Shown piece after piece: positions 9,452 to 19,776 of a DNA stretch of 64,000 bases. The notes beneath the pieces were generated by a model. The model made no database searches. It worked only from the letters and a program-made list of their open reading frames with translations, and was not told the DNA's origin. Location of the stretch: positions 82,090-146,089 of the forward strand of contig DATDSO010000010.1 in the NCBI GenBank assembly GCA_035291225.1, in the 5' to 3' direction. The translations under genes and the position numbers were made by a program. Position 1 is the stretch's first letter. Each line of letters opens with the position of its first letter. Source of the stretch: an archaeon. Lineage in GTDB: Archaea > Aenigmatarchaeota > Aenigmatarchaeia > Aenigmatarchaeales > JACQIB01.

Positions 9452-9489
9452 GCTGGTATTTTTAAGCGGGAAAAATAATTCTTCCTCTG

Positions 9490-10221
9490 TTGATTCCAAT
9501 GGCAACAATCCCAGACTATGTAATGCCCGCGCTTGGCATTGTCACTCCGGCAGCCGCGCTTGCTGCGTGGTTTATCCTGAATAAAAGTTTGCTCTCTGCA
9601 AAAACAAAAATTCCTTTGAATGAAAGAAAGCGCTTCTCTTATTTTTTGCTTGCTGGGCTTTTGGGATGGCTCGCCATTTCTTTTGTTTTCGGCTGGCTGG
9701 AAATTTTCAGGAATTTTTCATTTCTTGTTTTAATTTTCGGCTACGGAATTCCATACCTCGCAAATAAATTTCTCAACAGCTCGCAAATGCTTCAGCTTGC
9801 TGTTGACTCTGCCCCGAACCACTGGCTAATCGGAATCCAGCTTTACAGAGTGCTCGGAATAATTTTCCTAACAATGTACGCAGCAGGATTGCTTCCGGCG
9901 GCGTTTGCAATCCCATCAGGAGTCGGAGATATTATTGTCGGACTTTCCGCTCCTGTTGTCGCTTATCTGCTTTTCAAGAAAACTTCCAACTCAAAAAAAC
10001 TTGCGATTTTCTGGAACTATATTGGAATTCTGGATTTGATAATCGCGCTTACAATGGGCCCAATTACTGCGCCAACTCCGGTTCAGCTCCTCTCTTTTGA
10101 CGCGCCCAACTTGCCTATAATTTCCTATCCGCTTGTTTCAGTGCCGGCGTTTGCTGTCCCATTCTCGCTTATTTTGCATTTGTTTTCTTTGAGAATTTTG
10201 GGAAAGAAATTTAAATTGTAA
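9490..10221 (+). CDS. Hypothetical polytopic membrane protein
   Basis: About 7 TM segments; LIGIQLYRVLG, GVGDIIVG, WNYIGILD, YPLVSVPAFAVP. Confidence 0.8.
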   Translation: MIPMATIPDYVMPALGIVTPAAALAAWFILNKSLLSAKTKIPLNERKRFSYFLLAGLLGWLAISFVFGWLEIFRNFSFLVLIFGYGIPYLANKFLNSSQMLQLAVDSAPNHWLIGIQLYRVLGIIFLTMYAAGLLPAAFAIPSGVGDIIVGLSAPVVAYLLFKKTSNSKKLAIFWNYIGILDLIIALTMGPITAPTPVQLLSFDAPNLPIISYPLVSVPAFAVPFSLILHLFSLRILGKKFKL

Positions 10222-10224
10222 TTT

Positions 10225-10728
10225 TTATGCCAGCCCCAGCAATTCAAACGCCCCAACTTTTACCCAGCCGAGAATTGGAATTTTCAGAATTGCTTTTCCA
10301 TGTATTTGCGATTCTCTCACGCCATGCTCAAAATCCCCCTGAACAGAATTTGCATCGCCTTTTGTTTCAAAAGTTCCATCAGAATTTTCTGAAACAATCC
10401 TGTGAATAATTGGAAATTTATATCCGCCCTTCACTGCGTCAAAAACAATTATGTCGCCGACTTTGTAGCCTTGGATTTTATTTTCTCCGAGGAACATTCC
10501 TGTTACTCCGCTGCTTGGGCTTGAAACAATTATCATATCCCCTTTGTAAAAAGTCGGAACCATGCTGCCGGAGAAAACAGCAACAACAGGAGTGTCTGTG
10601 CTTAATGCAAAACCCAGTCCTGTCATTGCAAGCCAAGCAAAAAAGAAACCGCCCACAATGTAGATTGCAGTTCCCAAATTTGTGTCGCGGATTTTTTTCC
10701 ATTTTGATTTCAGTTCGGACATCTTCAT
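10225..10728 (-). CDS. sec11: Signal peptidase I, archaeal Sec11 type
   Basis: SGSMVP, IIHRI, TKGDAN. Confidence 0.92.
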   Translation of the reverse strand: MKMSELKSKWKKIRDTNLGTAIYIVGGFFFAWLAMTGLGFALSTDTPVVAVFSGSMVPTFYKGDMIIVSSPSSGVTGMFLGENKIQGYKVGDIIVFDAVKGGYKFPIIHRIVSENSDGTFETKGDANSVQGDFEHGVRESQIHGKAILKIPILGWVKVGAFELLGLA

Positions 10729-10767
10729 AATTACCTACCAATAATTAGTATATGTGGTATAAAAAGC

Positions 10768-11634
10768 TTACGAAAGCACAACCCAAACTCCCGCGAGCAT
10801 TATTAACGCTCCAATAATCTTAAGCTTAATTCCCTTTTCTCCAAACAAGGCAAAGCCCGCGAAAGCCATTAAAATTGTTCGCAGCATTTGCACCGGAGTG
10901 AAAATTGTCGGTGACACAAGTTTGACCGCGGCAAAAACCGCCCACAGCGCAATTGCATAAAAAATCCCCAATATCAACGACCAGTTATTGAAAATATTTT
11001 TAAATGGCTTGCCAGATTTTGCATAAACAGCAGAGTAGATTGCAGTCATACCCAGAATTATGTAAAAAGTATATTTAGTTGGACTGAAACTTGCGAGCGC
11101 TAGCTTGTCAACATTTGCGGTCAGCCCGTAGAGGAAAGCCATCGCAAGCATATAGAAAGAAACTTTTGATTTTATGATTCCAGAAAAAGTTTCTGAAAGA
11201 TTGTTTTTCAGATGTACTACAAAAGCTCCTGCTGCCACAAGTGCAGCTCCCACAAAAATTTTCAGCTGAAAAGATTCTCCCAATAGAAATATTGCCAGCG
11301 CCGCCACAAAAACCGGACGCATGTTTTCCAGAGGACCGACAATTGAAAGCTCGCCGCTTTTGAGAGCTTTAACAAAAAATATGAACGCTGCTGCATTGAG
11401 CCCAATTGAAGCAAGCAAATAAAAAAGCGCCGACTGTGATGGAAAAATCTGCGGCTCTGAAATGTATGATGAAATAAAAATTGGAGAGAATAAAATTGTT
11501 GCAGTCAGAAATCCTCCGAGCGCTACTGCAATAGAATCCATTTTCAATTTGTCTGTTGCCCACTTTGCTGCTATCAACCCAATGCTCACTGAAACTATGT
11601 TCAGAATTGTATAAAGAATCCATCGCTCGACCAT
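10768..11634 (-). CDS. EamA/DMT family transporter
   Basis: Ten TM segments in two repeats; ALKSGELSIVGP, LGE. Confidence 0.88.
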   Translation of the reverse strand: MVERWILYTILNIVSVSIGLIAAKWATDKLKMDSIAVALGGFLTATILFSPIFISSYISEPQIFPSQSALFYLLASIGLNAAAFIFFVKALKSGELSIVGPLENMRPVFVAALAIFLLGESFQLKIFVGAALVAAGAFVVHLKNNLSETFSGIIKSKVSFYMLAMAFLYGLTANVDKLALASFSPTKYTFYIILGMTAIYSAVYAKSGKPFKNIFNNWSLILGIFYAIALWAVFAAVKLVSPTIFTPVQMLRTILMAFAGFALFGEKGIKLKIIGALIMLAGVWVVLS

Positions 11635-11665
11635 TTTTTATTTATAGTTAATTAGACTTAAAAAT

Positions 11666-12268
11666 TCACGCCCGCCCCACACTCTCTCCTAAAACCACAC
11701 CAGAAGCAATCAAGTGCGCGCAGCGCAGAGGCTCTGGAACAAAAGCGCGCGTTGTGCAAACTGATAAAATTTCCGCGGCGTCTTTTGGAGAAAGGCCCGC
11801 GCACTGAAAAAAGAATTTTCCTTTTTTCTTTTGTAAAGAAAATTCTGCAGTGTAAACAGTTCCGGCCGCGCGCGCACATTCGAGAATTTTTGTGGGCTTT
11901 TCGGTTTTCGTTGCAGCAGCGAAAAATTTTTCAAAATCAATTTTCTTTCTTGTAACTGCAATTACTGGAAGCTTTGTTTTCTCAAAAATTTTCTGTATAT
12001 TCACAATATTGAAGCCTGCAAAAGTAATTCCATCCAGCATTATCACACGAAGGTCTTTGAACTTGCACTTCTTCACTGAAGAAATAATTTTTTCCTCCGC
12101 GTTCGAGCCGTCGATTTCTATTTCTTCTTTCAAAAGCCCGTCCATGAATTGCCCGCCGCGGAAAACCGCGCCAATTAAAATTGTTTTTCCTTTTTCATGG
12201 AATTCAAACGGCCCGTCATCAAAAGCAAGCACGCGGATTTCAGGCTTGATTTTTTTGAAGGATATCAT
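11666..12268 (-). CDS. DUF99/UPF0215 endonuclease V-like protein
   Basis: RVLAFDDGPF, IDG, MLDGITFAGFN, PEPLRCAHLIASG. Confidence 0.9.
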   Translation of the reverse strand: MISFKKIKPEIRVLAFDDGPFEFHEKGKTILIGAVFRGGQFMDGLLKEEIEIDGSNAEEKIISSVKKCKFKDLRVIMLDGITFAGFNIVNIQKIFEKTKLPVIAVTRKKIDFEKFFAAATKTEKPTKILECARAAGTVYTAEFSLQKKKGKFFFQCAGLSPKDAAEILSVCTTRAFVPEPLRCAHLIASGVVLGESVGRA

Positions 12269-12318
12269 AGAATAAATTAAATCTTCGTAAATAAAAATTA
12301 AGAGTTTCAAAACAAATT

Positions 12319-12585
12319 TTATTCTTTCAAAGCTCTCTTAAACTCTTTCTCGAGCTCATCGCACTGCTCAGCAACAGCATCTGCCGCGCGCTGCAAAAGC
12401 TTGCGCGGATTTGAGCCGTGCACAATTATTTTTGGCTCTAAAAGAAATGGATGCTCGCGAACAGCAGCAGCCTCCCCTCCTTCTGCCCAGACTTGCTTTG
12501 CAATAACCTGCGAAACTGTCTGCGTGTCCCCGCCGAGCTCAACAGATAATTTTTCCTTTTCGTCTAAAAGAACTTTGATGTTCAT
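12319..12585 (-). CDS. rpoL: RNA polymerase subunit Rpo11 (L)
   Basis: 88 aa; EHPFL..PKIIV motif and C-terminal helix. Confidence 0.8.
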   Translation of the reverse strand: MNIKVLLDEKEKLSVELGGDTQTVSQVIAKQVWAEGGEAAAVREHPFLLEPKIIVHGSNPRKLLQRAADAVAEQCDELEKEFKRALKE

Positions 12586-12660
12586 ATATTTTCAATAGCA
12601 GCAGGGCTTTTTAAAGTTTTACTCTGGCAAGCATTTAAAGTTAAAATTTGAACCTTCTTT

Positions 12661-13245
12661 ATGTTGTCGTCCTATATATCGATGAAAGAATATGCCCTAT
12701 ACAGATTGATATCCTATTTGTTTAGTCCTATGTTTGTGGCAGCGGCTGAAGTTGTTGCTTTCGCTCCATTCTCAAAAAATATCGTGGGTTCTCTGCTGAT
12801 AGGTTTTATTTTTCTTACTCTTTCACCGACTTTGATTATTTATAGAAAGTATAAAAGGGGAGAGGTCGATATTGATATTTCCGATAAGGAAGATAGACCA
12901 AGAATTTTTATTTATTCGATTATAAGCTTTGGTATCTGCACAGCGCTTTTCTGGTTAGTAAAAGATAAGCTGATGTTCACGGTTGCATTATCGTACTTTC
13001 TTGTTACAACAGTTATAATGCTGATGAATTTTTTCTCAAAAATCAGCACACACACAGCCGGCTTGGCGGGGCCTGTAACAGCAATTGTTTTTTATTTCGG
13101 GATTTATTATGCCGGACTTTTTTTGCTTTTGCTTCCCGTTGCATATTCAAGATTTAAATTAGGCAAGCACAATAGATTTCAGCTTTTTTCAGGAGCAATA
13201 ATAGCGAGTGTACTAACTTATTTAATTTTCACAGCGGTGTTTTGA
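12661..13245 (+). CDS. PAP2-like membrane phosphoesterase
   Basis: KISTH and SRFKLGKH motifs within TM segments. Confidence 0.7.
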   Translation: MLSSYISMKEYALYRLISYLFSPMFVAAAEVVAFAPFSKNIVGSLLIGFIFLTLSPTLIIYRKYKRGEVDIDISDKEDRPRIFIYSIISFGICTALFWLVKDKLMFTVALSYFLVTTVIMLMNFFSKISTHTAGLAGPVTAIVFYFGIYYAGLFLLLLPVAYSRFKLGKHNRFQLFSGAIIASVLTYLIFTAVF

Positions 13246-13643
13246 TGCTTTGTTCAATATGCTACAAAAAAGAAGGAGAGTGGCAATGCCAAGTCTGCAA
13301 GAGGATTGTCTGCGCAGATGATGCAAGACCGACAGGCAATGGGGTTTTTTGCGTGCAGCATGCTCCACAATCTTTCCAAAATAAACAGCAATCTCCCGCA
13401 ATAGAAGAAAGTGAGAGCTTGAAATCCATCAAGTCGGCATTCTTCACGGTTCTGTTCCTCACGTTGGGCATGGCTGTCATTGGATTTGTCGGCCAGCAGT
13501 TTGTGCAGACAACAGAATTACCTGAAAATGTGCAGGATGCCATAAAGTCTTTAACTTCTGTAGGCATAACAGTTATCTCTTTGATGGGAGTTGTAACTCT
13601 GATACTTGGGGTGGCGTACTTTGCCATGAGAAAGCGAAAATGA
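13242..13643 (+). CDS. Zn-finger membrane protein
   Basis: CSIC...CQVC...CADD...CVQH followed by 2 TM segments. Confidence 0.7.
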   Translation: MMLCSICYKKEGEWQCQVCKRIVCADDARPTGNGVFCVQHAPQSFQNKQQSPAIEESESLKSIKSAFFTVLFLTLGMAVIGFVGQQFVQTTELPENVQDAIKSLTSVGITVISLMGVVTLILGVAYFAMRKRK

Positions 13644-13685
13644 AAAGCTTATAAGTCTGAGTGTATAATATTTTTTGTGATTTCA

Positions 13686-15077
13686 ATGAGAGGTTTCGCT
13701 CTGGCTATTTTGCTTTTGGCCTTCTTCACCGCGCCTGCGCTTGGAGCTGAAGAAAATCTGGAAAATATAACAATTTCCGCAACAAATCCTTCAGAAGTTC
13801 TGGCGGGCGATTCAACTTTTTTTGAAGTGACTGTCACTAATAACTTTTTGGAAACGGATTGGTTTAGCATTTCAGTTTATCCTTCAGATTGGACAACAAT
13901 AGAAAATGGAATCTCTTCATTTATGCTTGGGAATGGCGGGAGCAAAACTTTAAAAATTTTCGTCAGTCCTCCAGTTGACGTTCGAGCGGCAAAATATGTT
14001 TACACAATAAATATTCAGAAAAGCTCCGGAGAGAAAGCCTTGAAAGATGTTGTTGTCGGAGTCCAGCAAAGATATGTTTCTGCTCTAATTTCTGATTTGA
14101 GATTAAGCTGCACCGAATGTGCGGGGCAATTAACAACAACAGCAAGAGTCAAGAATGTCGGCAACACACCAATAGCAAACGGGATTTTAGCCTTCTCTGT
14201 TGGTAATTTCAAAAAAGCTGTGGTAATAGATAATCTTAATCAGGGAGAGGAAAAAGAGTTTTCTGCCACATTTTTGCCGGTAACATGGGAGCCACATGAG
14301 TATGAAGTTTTTGTGCAGCTAGCAGCAGGAGCGAGCAGCGATTCTAAAACCGCGAGATTTTCAGTCCCGCCGATTACAAATTTCATCACAGACAAAAGCG
14401 AGCGAGATACTTTTTGGGGAAAGCGTGTGACAGCTACAGTTAGAAATGTTGGGAATGTAAAAGGGCCAGCGACAATTTCATCTGGCTCTGATTTCAGTCC
14501 GTTTATCGCTCTCTATCCAGATACAGCCGGCGCATCAATAACAGGAAATGCTGTAAGCTGGTATGCTGAACTCAAGCCAGGTGAATCAAAGACAGTTTCT
14601 TACAGCCAAGTTTTCTGGCCGACACCATTTATTGTTTTGTTTTTGATTTTTGCCGCGCTTTATGGCCATTCAATCGCAACAGCACTTGAAATAAATAAAT
14701 TCGCTCTGGGAACAGGAAAAGAGTTTGGAGTTTCCATAAAAATCAAAAACAAGGGAACTCGTGCAGATGGGGTTGTCGTGCGCGATGTGCTGCCTCATGG
14801 ATTTGATTTGGTTCCGATTTTTGAAACAGTCAAGCCCATAATCAGAAAAATTTCTGATGGGACTGAGTTGATTTGGAGGCTCGGCTCGGTCGGGAAGGGA
14901 GAAGAAAGGGTTTTGCATTACAGGGCAAAAAGCGGAGGCCATGGTGGAGCCATTCCACCTGCGGTTTTGCGTGGCGCTAGAGGCAGAAGCATTGTCTTGA
15001 GAAAATCAAACTATGTTGTTCTTCCAAAAGCCGCCAATGCAGAGCCAACAAAAGTCAAAGTAAGAGTCGTAGAGTGA
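13686..15077 (+). CDS. Secreted, membrane-anchored Ig-like (CARDB/S-layer-like) protein
   Basis: Signal peptide, repeated VKNVGN/VRNVGN strands, one TM, C-terminal KNKG...VRDVLP domain. Confidence 0.75.
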   Translation: MRGFALAILLLAFFTAPALGAEENLENITISATNPSEVLAGDSTFFEVTVTNNFLETDWFSISVYPSDWTTIENGISSFMLGNGGSKTLKIFVSPPVDVRAAKYVYTINIQKSSGEKALKDVVVGVQQRYVSALISDLRLSCTECAGQLTTTARVKNVGNTPIANGILAFSVGNFKKAVVIDNLNQGEEKEFSATFLPVTWEPHEYEVFVQLAAGASSDSKTARFSVPPITNFITDKSERDTFWGKRVTATVRNVGNVKGPATISSGSDFSPFIALYPDTAGASITGNAVSWYAELKPGESKTVSYSQVFWPTPFIVLFLIFAALYGHSIATALEINKFALGTGKEFGVSIKIKNKGTRADGVVVRDVLPHGFDLVPIFETVKPIIRKISDGTELIWRLGSVGKGEERVLHYRAKSGGHGGAIPPAVLRGARGRSIVLRKSNYVVLPKAANAEPTKVKVRVVE

Positions 15078-15095
15078 GTTCTTAAAAGATATTTT

Positions 15096-15283
15096 TGGTC
15101 CCGCGGGGGAGATTTGAATTTGGGAATAAAAATTTATTTTTTTATTTCTCCCAGCCTCACGATTTCTTTTTTATTTCGAAACGCTGACTAAAAAATTCTT
15201 GCTTGTGCGCAAAAATCTACAGTCGTGCGCTCCACCATCTCTCCGCGCGCAAACTTTTATGTGCGCGATTGAGCTACCGCGGG
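15096..15283 (-). tRNA. tRNA-Tyr(GTA) with three introns
   Basis: Exons CCCGCGGTAGCTCAA..TGGTGGAGCGCACGACTGTAG|ATCGTGAGGCTGGGAG|TTCAAATCTCCCCCGCGGGACCA. Introns at ~15238-15267 (D-loop), 15164-15216 (37/38) and 15119-15147 (53/54). Confidence 0.88.
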
Positions 15284-15347
15284 TTGAAAATTATTTAGTC
15301 TGCTTAGCATTAAAAAGCTTTTTAAACTTTCCTTTGCTTACAAATAA

Positions 15348-15465
15348 TGGTCGCGGCCAAGGCGGAGCGGCAAGACCTGTTCCCATTCCGAACACAGTAG
15401 TGAATCGTTCCAGCGATTTTGATTGTACTGCCGAAAAGGCGGGAAGTCAAAGACGCTGCGGCCAC
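15348..15465 (+). rRNA. rrf: 5S rRNA
   Basis: Helix I TGGTCGCGGC/GCTGCGGCCA; conserved CCCATTCCGAAC and GTACTG...CGGGAA. Confidence 0.92.
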
Positions 15466-15507
15466 ACTTTTAATTTTCTTTAAGAAGTTTGTAAAAGAAA
15501 TTTTTTC

Positions 15508-15729
15508 ATGGCATTTGTATATTTTGATGTGGAGAGAGATCTGGTTGTAGTAGCCAAAAATAGAGGTCTTTACGGAATAGATTTAGGAGAACTTCCGTAT
15601 AGAATGAGAGCGGTTGAAACAGAAGAATATTCTTTTAAAGATTTTAGATTGCTTTTAGTAAGGGAACAGATTTCATGTTTAAGATTTTTGAGATTGGTTC
15701 ATTCCCCACCCAAATTATCAAACATTTAA
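15508..15729 (+). CDS. Small hypothetical protein
   Basis: 73-aa ORF filling the gap between 5S and tRNA-Asp. Confidence 0.5.
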   Translation: MAFVYFDVERDLVVVAKNRGLYGIDLGELPYRMRAVETEEYSFKDFRLLLVREQISCLRFLRLVHSPPKLSNI

Positions 15730-15755
15730 ATATTGTTTCTGCAAACTTGCTTTAT

Positions 15756-15862
15756 GCCCGAGTAGTATAGTGGCCTAGTATGCGAGCTTGTCATGAAATT
15801 TTTTAAAGAAAAATTTCAACAGAAAGCTTGTGACACGAGTTCAAATCTCGTCTCGGGCGCCA
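15756..15862 (+). tRNA. tRNA-Asp(GTC) with a canonical intron
   Basis: Acceptor stem GCCCGAG/CTCGGGC, encoded CCA; intron 15794-15824 with a BHB (TTGT/ACAG). Confidence 0.93.
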
Positions 15863-15874
15863 ACAAAAAATCAT

Positions 15875-16044
15875 GGGCCTATAACTCAGTCTGTGAGCGC
15901 CCGCGCTCAATCCGGCAAGGGCTTCACCTGAAATGGCAGAGTACAAGCCTTTTATCAATTTTGATAAAAGAATTGAGATGCGAAAATTTCGCATCCGTGA
16001 AAGAAAGCTTGGAGTCGTGGGTTCGAATCCCACTAGGCCCGCCA
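15875..16044 (+). tRNA. tRNA-Lys(TTT) with two introns
   Basis: Acceptor stem GGGCCTA/TAGGCCC; D-loop intron 15892-15933 (BHB TCAG/CTGA) and 37/38 intron 15955-16005 (CTTT/AAAG). Confidence 0.93.
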
Positions 16045-16205
16045 AAATTGAAATTTTCAAAAAAAAGCAAAGCTTTTTAAAGGTTGGTTAATGGTAAACT
16101 ATTGAAGCATCTACATTTTTAACTCCCTAGATAGAGTGCTCTAACAGAATTCAAAGGTCAGATGTCGCGTAGCGCATCGCTTGCACCTTTGAAACTGGTG
16201 ATACC

Positions 16206-16466
16206 TTGACAGAGAAAGAAAAAACTTTTGATATTCTGACTCATAATTTAGTGCCACAGCACACCATTCTTTCAGAAAATGAAAAGTTGGCGTTGTTTGA
16301 AAAGTATAAAATTGCATCGCAACAGCTTCCGAAAATTCTATCCAGCGACGTTGTAGTGAAAGCAGTTGGAGCGAAGCATGGAGATGTTCTGAAAATTTTG
16401 AGAAAAAGCATAACAGCCGGCCAGACGGTCTATTACAGGCTTGTTGTAAAACATGAGGTCGAATAA
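16206..16466 (+). CDS. rpoH: RNA polymerase subunit Rpo5 (H)
   Basis: HNLVPQH, QLPKI, RKSITAG...YYRLV. Confidence 0.97.
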   Translation: MTEKEKTFDILTHNLVPQHTILSENEKLALFEKYKIASQQLPKILSSDVVVKAVGAKHGDVLKILRKSITAGQTVYYRLVVKHEVE

Positions 16467-16468
16467 AT

Positions 16469-19400
16469 ATGAATAATATTCCGAGCCTCCAAAATGCAAC
16501 TCTGATACACGCATTCGCGAAAGAGCTTGGCTTTGTTCGTTTTCAAATAGAAAGCTTCAATAATTTTATCGAAAGAAAAATCCAAAAAGTTTTTGATGAA
16601 ATCGGGAAGATTGAGCCGGAAGTTCCTGAAGTGGGGGAGCTTGTGATAAAATTCGGAAAAGCTTCTGTCGGCGAGCCATACGTCAGAGAAGCTGATGGAA
16701 CGCGAAGAACTTGGCAAAATGCCCAGTATTCTCCTGTGGAAGCAAGAGTAAGAGACCTCACTTATGCCGCGCCTGTTTATGTTGAAATGACTCCTATTGT
16801 TAACAAAGTTGAGCAGGAGCCTGTGCCAGTCCAGGTCGGAGATATTCCTGTTATGATAAAATCTGACATTGATCCAACCTCAAAACTTTCTAGGGAGGAG
16901 CTAGAAGCAATCGGCGAGGACCCACAAGATCCGGGGGGGTATTTTATAATTAACGGAACTGAAAGAGCTTTGATTTTAACAGAAGAAATTTCACCTAACA
17001 GAATAATTGTCGAAAAACAAAAAGTTGGAAATTTCACAGAAGCTCTTAGAATAAATTCGGAGCGCGGCGGCTATACACAACGCCATCTAATTGAAAGGAA
17101 AAATGATAGTTCAATTGTGATTTCTTTTGCAAACATACGCCGACTTCCTATAGTTGTTCTCTTAAAATCTCTTGGGCATGAAAGCGACAAGGAAATAATA
17201 GATTTGTTTAAAGGTTATGACCAGAGAATCGCACAAGAATTTTATGGAAATCTTTACGAAAGCGAAGTCAAATCTCATAAAGAAGCTCTCAATTATATCG
17301 CCACACATATGAAAATCGCAGAGGAACAATATAAAAGTGAGCGCGTTGAAAATATAATTGATAAATATCTGTTGCCGCATTTGGGCCAAGATTCGAAAGC
17401 AAGAAAGGTAAAAGCGAAATATCTTGCAATTGCAATAGAAAAAATAATTTCTTTAAGCACTGGAAAAACTGAAGAAGATGATATCGACCACTATGCAAAC
17501 AAGCGCGTGCGCATGGCTGGCGATATGCTTGAAACTTTATTCCGCTCGATTTTAGTCGGAAGATGGGGACTCATTACAAGAATAAAATACAATTATCAGA
17601 AAATGGCAAAGCGTGGCAAGCTTCCTCCTGTTCAAACAATTGTTGAAGCAAACGTGGTTAGTAACCAGATAAATTCTGCGATGGCAACTGGAACTTGGAC
17701 CGGCGGAAGAACTGGAGTTTCTCAAAAACTCGACCGCGCGAATTTCATCAAATCAATTTCTCATATGCGCATGGTCCTTTCTCCTCTCACAGCAACTCAG
17801 GAGCATTTCAAGGCAAGGGAACTTCATCCAACATTCTGGGGAAGATTTTGCCCAGCAGAAACTCCGGAAGGTCCTACCATTGGATTGAGAAAAAATTTAT
17901 CTTTGATGGCGCAGATTACAACAGGTATTTTGGAACAAGAGAAAGAGAAGTTCCTGAAATTTCTGAAGCTGAGGGAAGAGCCGCAAGAAGGTGACGCAAA
18001 AGTTATAATTAACGGGACTCCTGCAGGTTTCACCAACCCAGAGGTTGTTTCAGAAATCAGGAAACGCAGGCGGGCGGACATTCTTCCAAAAGAAATCAAC
18101 ACATCGTTTTATAGAGATACAAATGAAATAAAAATTGCCACAGATTCTGGCCGAGTCCGCAGGCCGCTGATTGTTCTGGAAAATGGCTCTCCGAAACTTA
18201 CTGAAGATGATATAAAAAAGATTGCTGCAGGCGAACTCACTTGGGTAGAAACCGTCAAGTCTGGGGCTATAGAATTTTTAGATGCGGAGGAGGAAGATGA
18301 GATGCTTGTAGCACTTTATGAAAAAGATATTACCCCGAAGCATACGCATTTGGAAATTTTACCGACGGCAATTTTAGGCTTGTCGGCCAGCTTACTTCCA
18401 TTCTCTCAACACAACAGAGGGGATAGAGTAAATTTCGGCGCAAAAATGATAGGGCAAGCAGTAGGCATATATTCTCCGAACTATTTTATGAGAACTGAAG
18501 CAAAATCAAATCTATTAATTTATCCACAGACGCCACTTGTTGAGACTGCCATGACTTCTGCTTCGGGGCTGCTCGAGCATCCGGCAGGCCAGAACATTGT
18601 CATCGCAGTTGCAACTTATCATGGATATAATATCAACGATGCAATTGTTTTTAACAAAGCCTCAGTTGAGCGTGGGCTCTTTCGTTCATTTTTCTACAGA
18701 GTTTATGGGACCGAACAACGCAGATATTGGGGAGGTCAGGAAGATAAAATTTGTGTTCCAGACAAAGATGTGCGTGGTTACCGCTCCGAGGAGGACTACA
18801 ACAGATTGAATGAAGATGGGATTATTGCTCCGGAAACTCCTGTTTTAGATGGAGATGTGTTGGTTGGAAAAATTTCTCCGATGAGATTCCTTTCTTCAAC
18901 TGAACTTATGGGCGGAATAGCAAACATGCGTGAAAGCTCGGTTACGATGGGTTTCGAACGCGGGGTTGTCGATAGGGTTTTTGTAACAGAAACTTTGAAT
19001 GGAACAAAACTTATCAAAGCAGTGGTGCGCGATCTGAGAGTTCCGGAAGTTGGAGACAAATTTGCTTCGCGCCACGGGCAAAAATCTGTTATCGGAATGA
19101 TAGCAAAAGAGGAAGATCTTCCATTTTCAGCGTCGGGCTATACTCCTGATTTGATTTTTAATCCTCATGGAATTCCATCACGTCAAACTATAGGACAGCT
19201 GCTGGAAATTTTAGCCGGCAAGTCCACGGCTTTCGATGGAAAAAAAATAGATGCAACAGCTTTCGGTAGTTTGACGGAGAAAGAAATTCGCAATCTTATG
19301 GCAAATTATGGCTTCAGGAGCGACGGAAAGGAAGTTTTCTACAATGGGATTACAGGGGAAAAAATGGAATTTGAAATTTTTGTCGGGCTTACTTACTATC

Positions 19401-19774
19401 AAAAATTAGACCATATGGTTGCAAATAAAATACAGGCGCGTTCGCGCGGTCCGGTAACTTTGCTAACGCGCCAGCCGACTGAAGGAAAAGCAAAAGAAGG
19501 TGGAATAAGATTTGGAGAAATGGAAAAGGACTGTTTGATTGCGCACGGTGCTGTTCTGACTCTCAAAGAAAGATTTGATTCTGATAAAGTCAGTGTTCCT
19601 ATTTGCAGGAAATGTGGAGTGACTGCTGCATGGGACAAACAAAAAGATCAACACGTCTGCCCGCTTTGCAGGGACACTGATGTTGCGATAGTTGATATGA
19701 GTTACGCTTTCAAACTTTTGCTTGATGAATTAAAAGCGCTGCTAATTTACCCAAAAGTTGTGGTGGTTGGTTAA
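16469..19774 (+). CDS. rpoB: RNA polymerase subunit Rpo2 (B, unsplit)
   Basis: GGYFIINGTE, ETPEG, GDKFASRHGQK, RFGEMEKD, C-terminal Zn ribbon. Confidence 0.99.
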   Translation: MNNIPSLQNATLIHAFAKELGFVRFQIESFNNFIERKIQKVFDEIGKIEPEVPEVGELVIKFGKASVGEPYVREADGTRRTWQNAQYSPVEARVRDLTYAAPVYVEMTPIVNKVEQEPVPVQVGDIPVMIKSDIDPTSKLSREELEAIGEDPQDPGGYFIINGTERALILTEEISPNRIIVEKQKVGNFTEALRINSERGGYTQRHLIERKNDSSIVISFANIRRLPIVVLLKSLGHESDKEIIDLFKGYDQRIAQEFYGNLYESEVKSHKEALNYIATHMKIAEEQYKSERVENIIDKYLLPHLGQDSKARKVKAKYLAIAIEKIISLSTGKTEEDDIDHYANKRVRMAGDMLETLFRSILVGRWGLITRIKYNYQKMAKRGKLPPVQTIVEANVVSNQINSAMATGTWTGGRTGVSQKLDRANFIKSISHMRMVLSPLTATQEHFKARELHPTFWGRFCPAETPEGPTIGLRKNLSLMAQITTGILEQEKEKFLKFLKLREEPQEGDAKVIINGTPAGFTNPEVVSEIRKRRRADILPKEINTSFYRDTNEIKIATDSGRVRRPLIVLENGSPKLTEDDIKKIAAGELTWVETVKSGAIEFLDAEEEDEMLVALYEKDITPKHTHLEILPTAILGLSASLLPFSQHNRGDRVNFGAKMIGQAVGIYSPNYFMRTEAKSNLLIYPQTPLVETAMTSASGLLEHPAGQNIVIAVATYHGYNINDAIVFNKASVERGLFRSFFYRVYGTEQRRYWGGQEDKICVPDKDVRGYRSEEDYNRLNEDGIIAPETPVLDGDVLVGKISPMRFLSSTELMGGIANMRESSVTMGFERGVVDRVFVTETLNGTKLIKAVVRDLRVPEVGDKFASRHGQKSVIGMIAKEEDLPFSASGYTPDLIFNPHGIPSRQTIGQLLEILAGKSTAFDGKKIDATAFGSLTEKEIRNLMANYGFRSDGKEVFYNGITGEKMEFEIFVGLTYYQKLDHMVANKIQARSRGPVTLLTRQPTEGKAKEGGIRFGEMEKDCLIAHGAVLTLKERFDSDKVSVPICRKCGVTAAWDKQKDQHVCPLCRDTDVAIVDMSYAFKLLLDELKALLIYPKVVVVG

Positions 19775-19776
19775 TT

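Noticed and set aside
10225..10728. Signal peptidase as the SodN maturase
   Set aside because: It is a housekeeping Sec11 type (Ser-His); a dedicated sodX lies next to sodN
15199..16080. ORF track entries 15199-15483, 15793-16080 and 15803-16060
   Set aside because: They overlap the 5S rRNA and tRNA genes and are spurious
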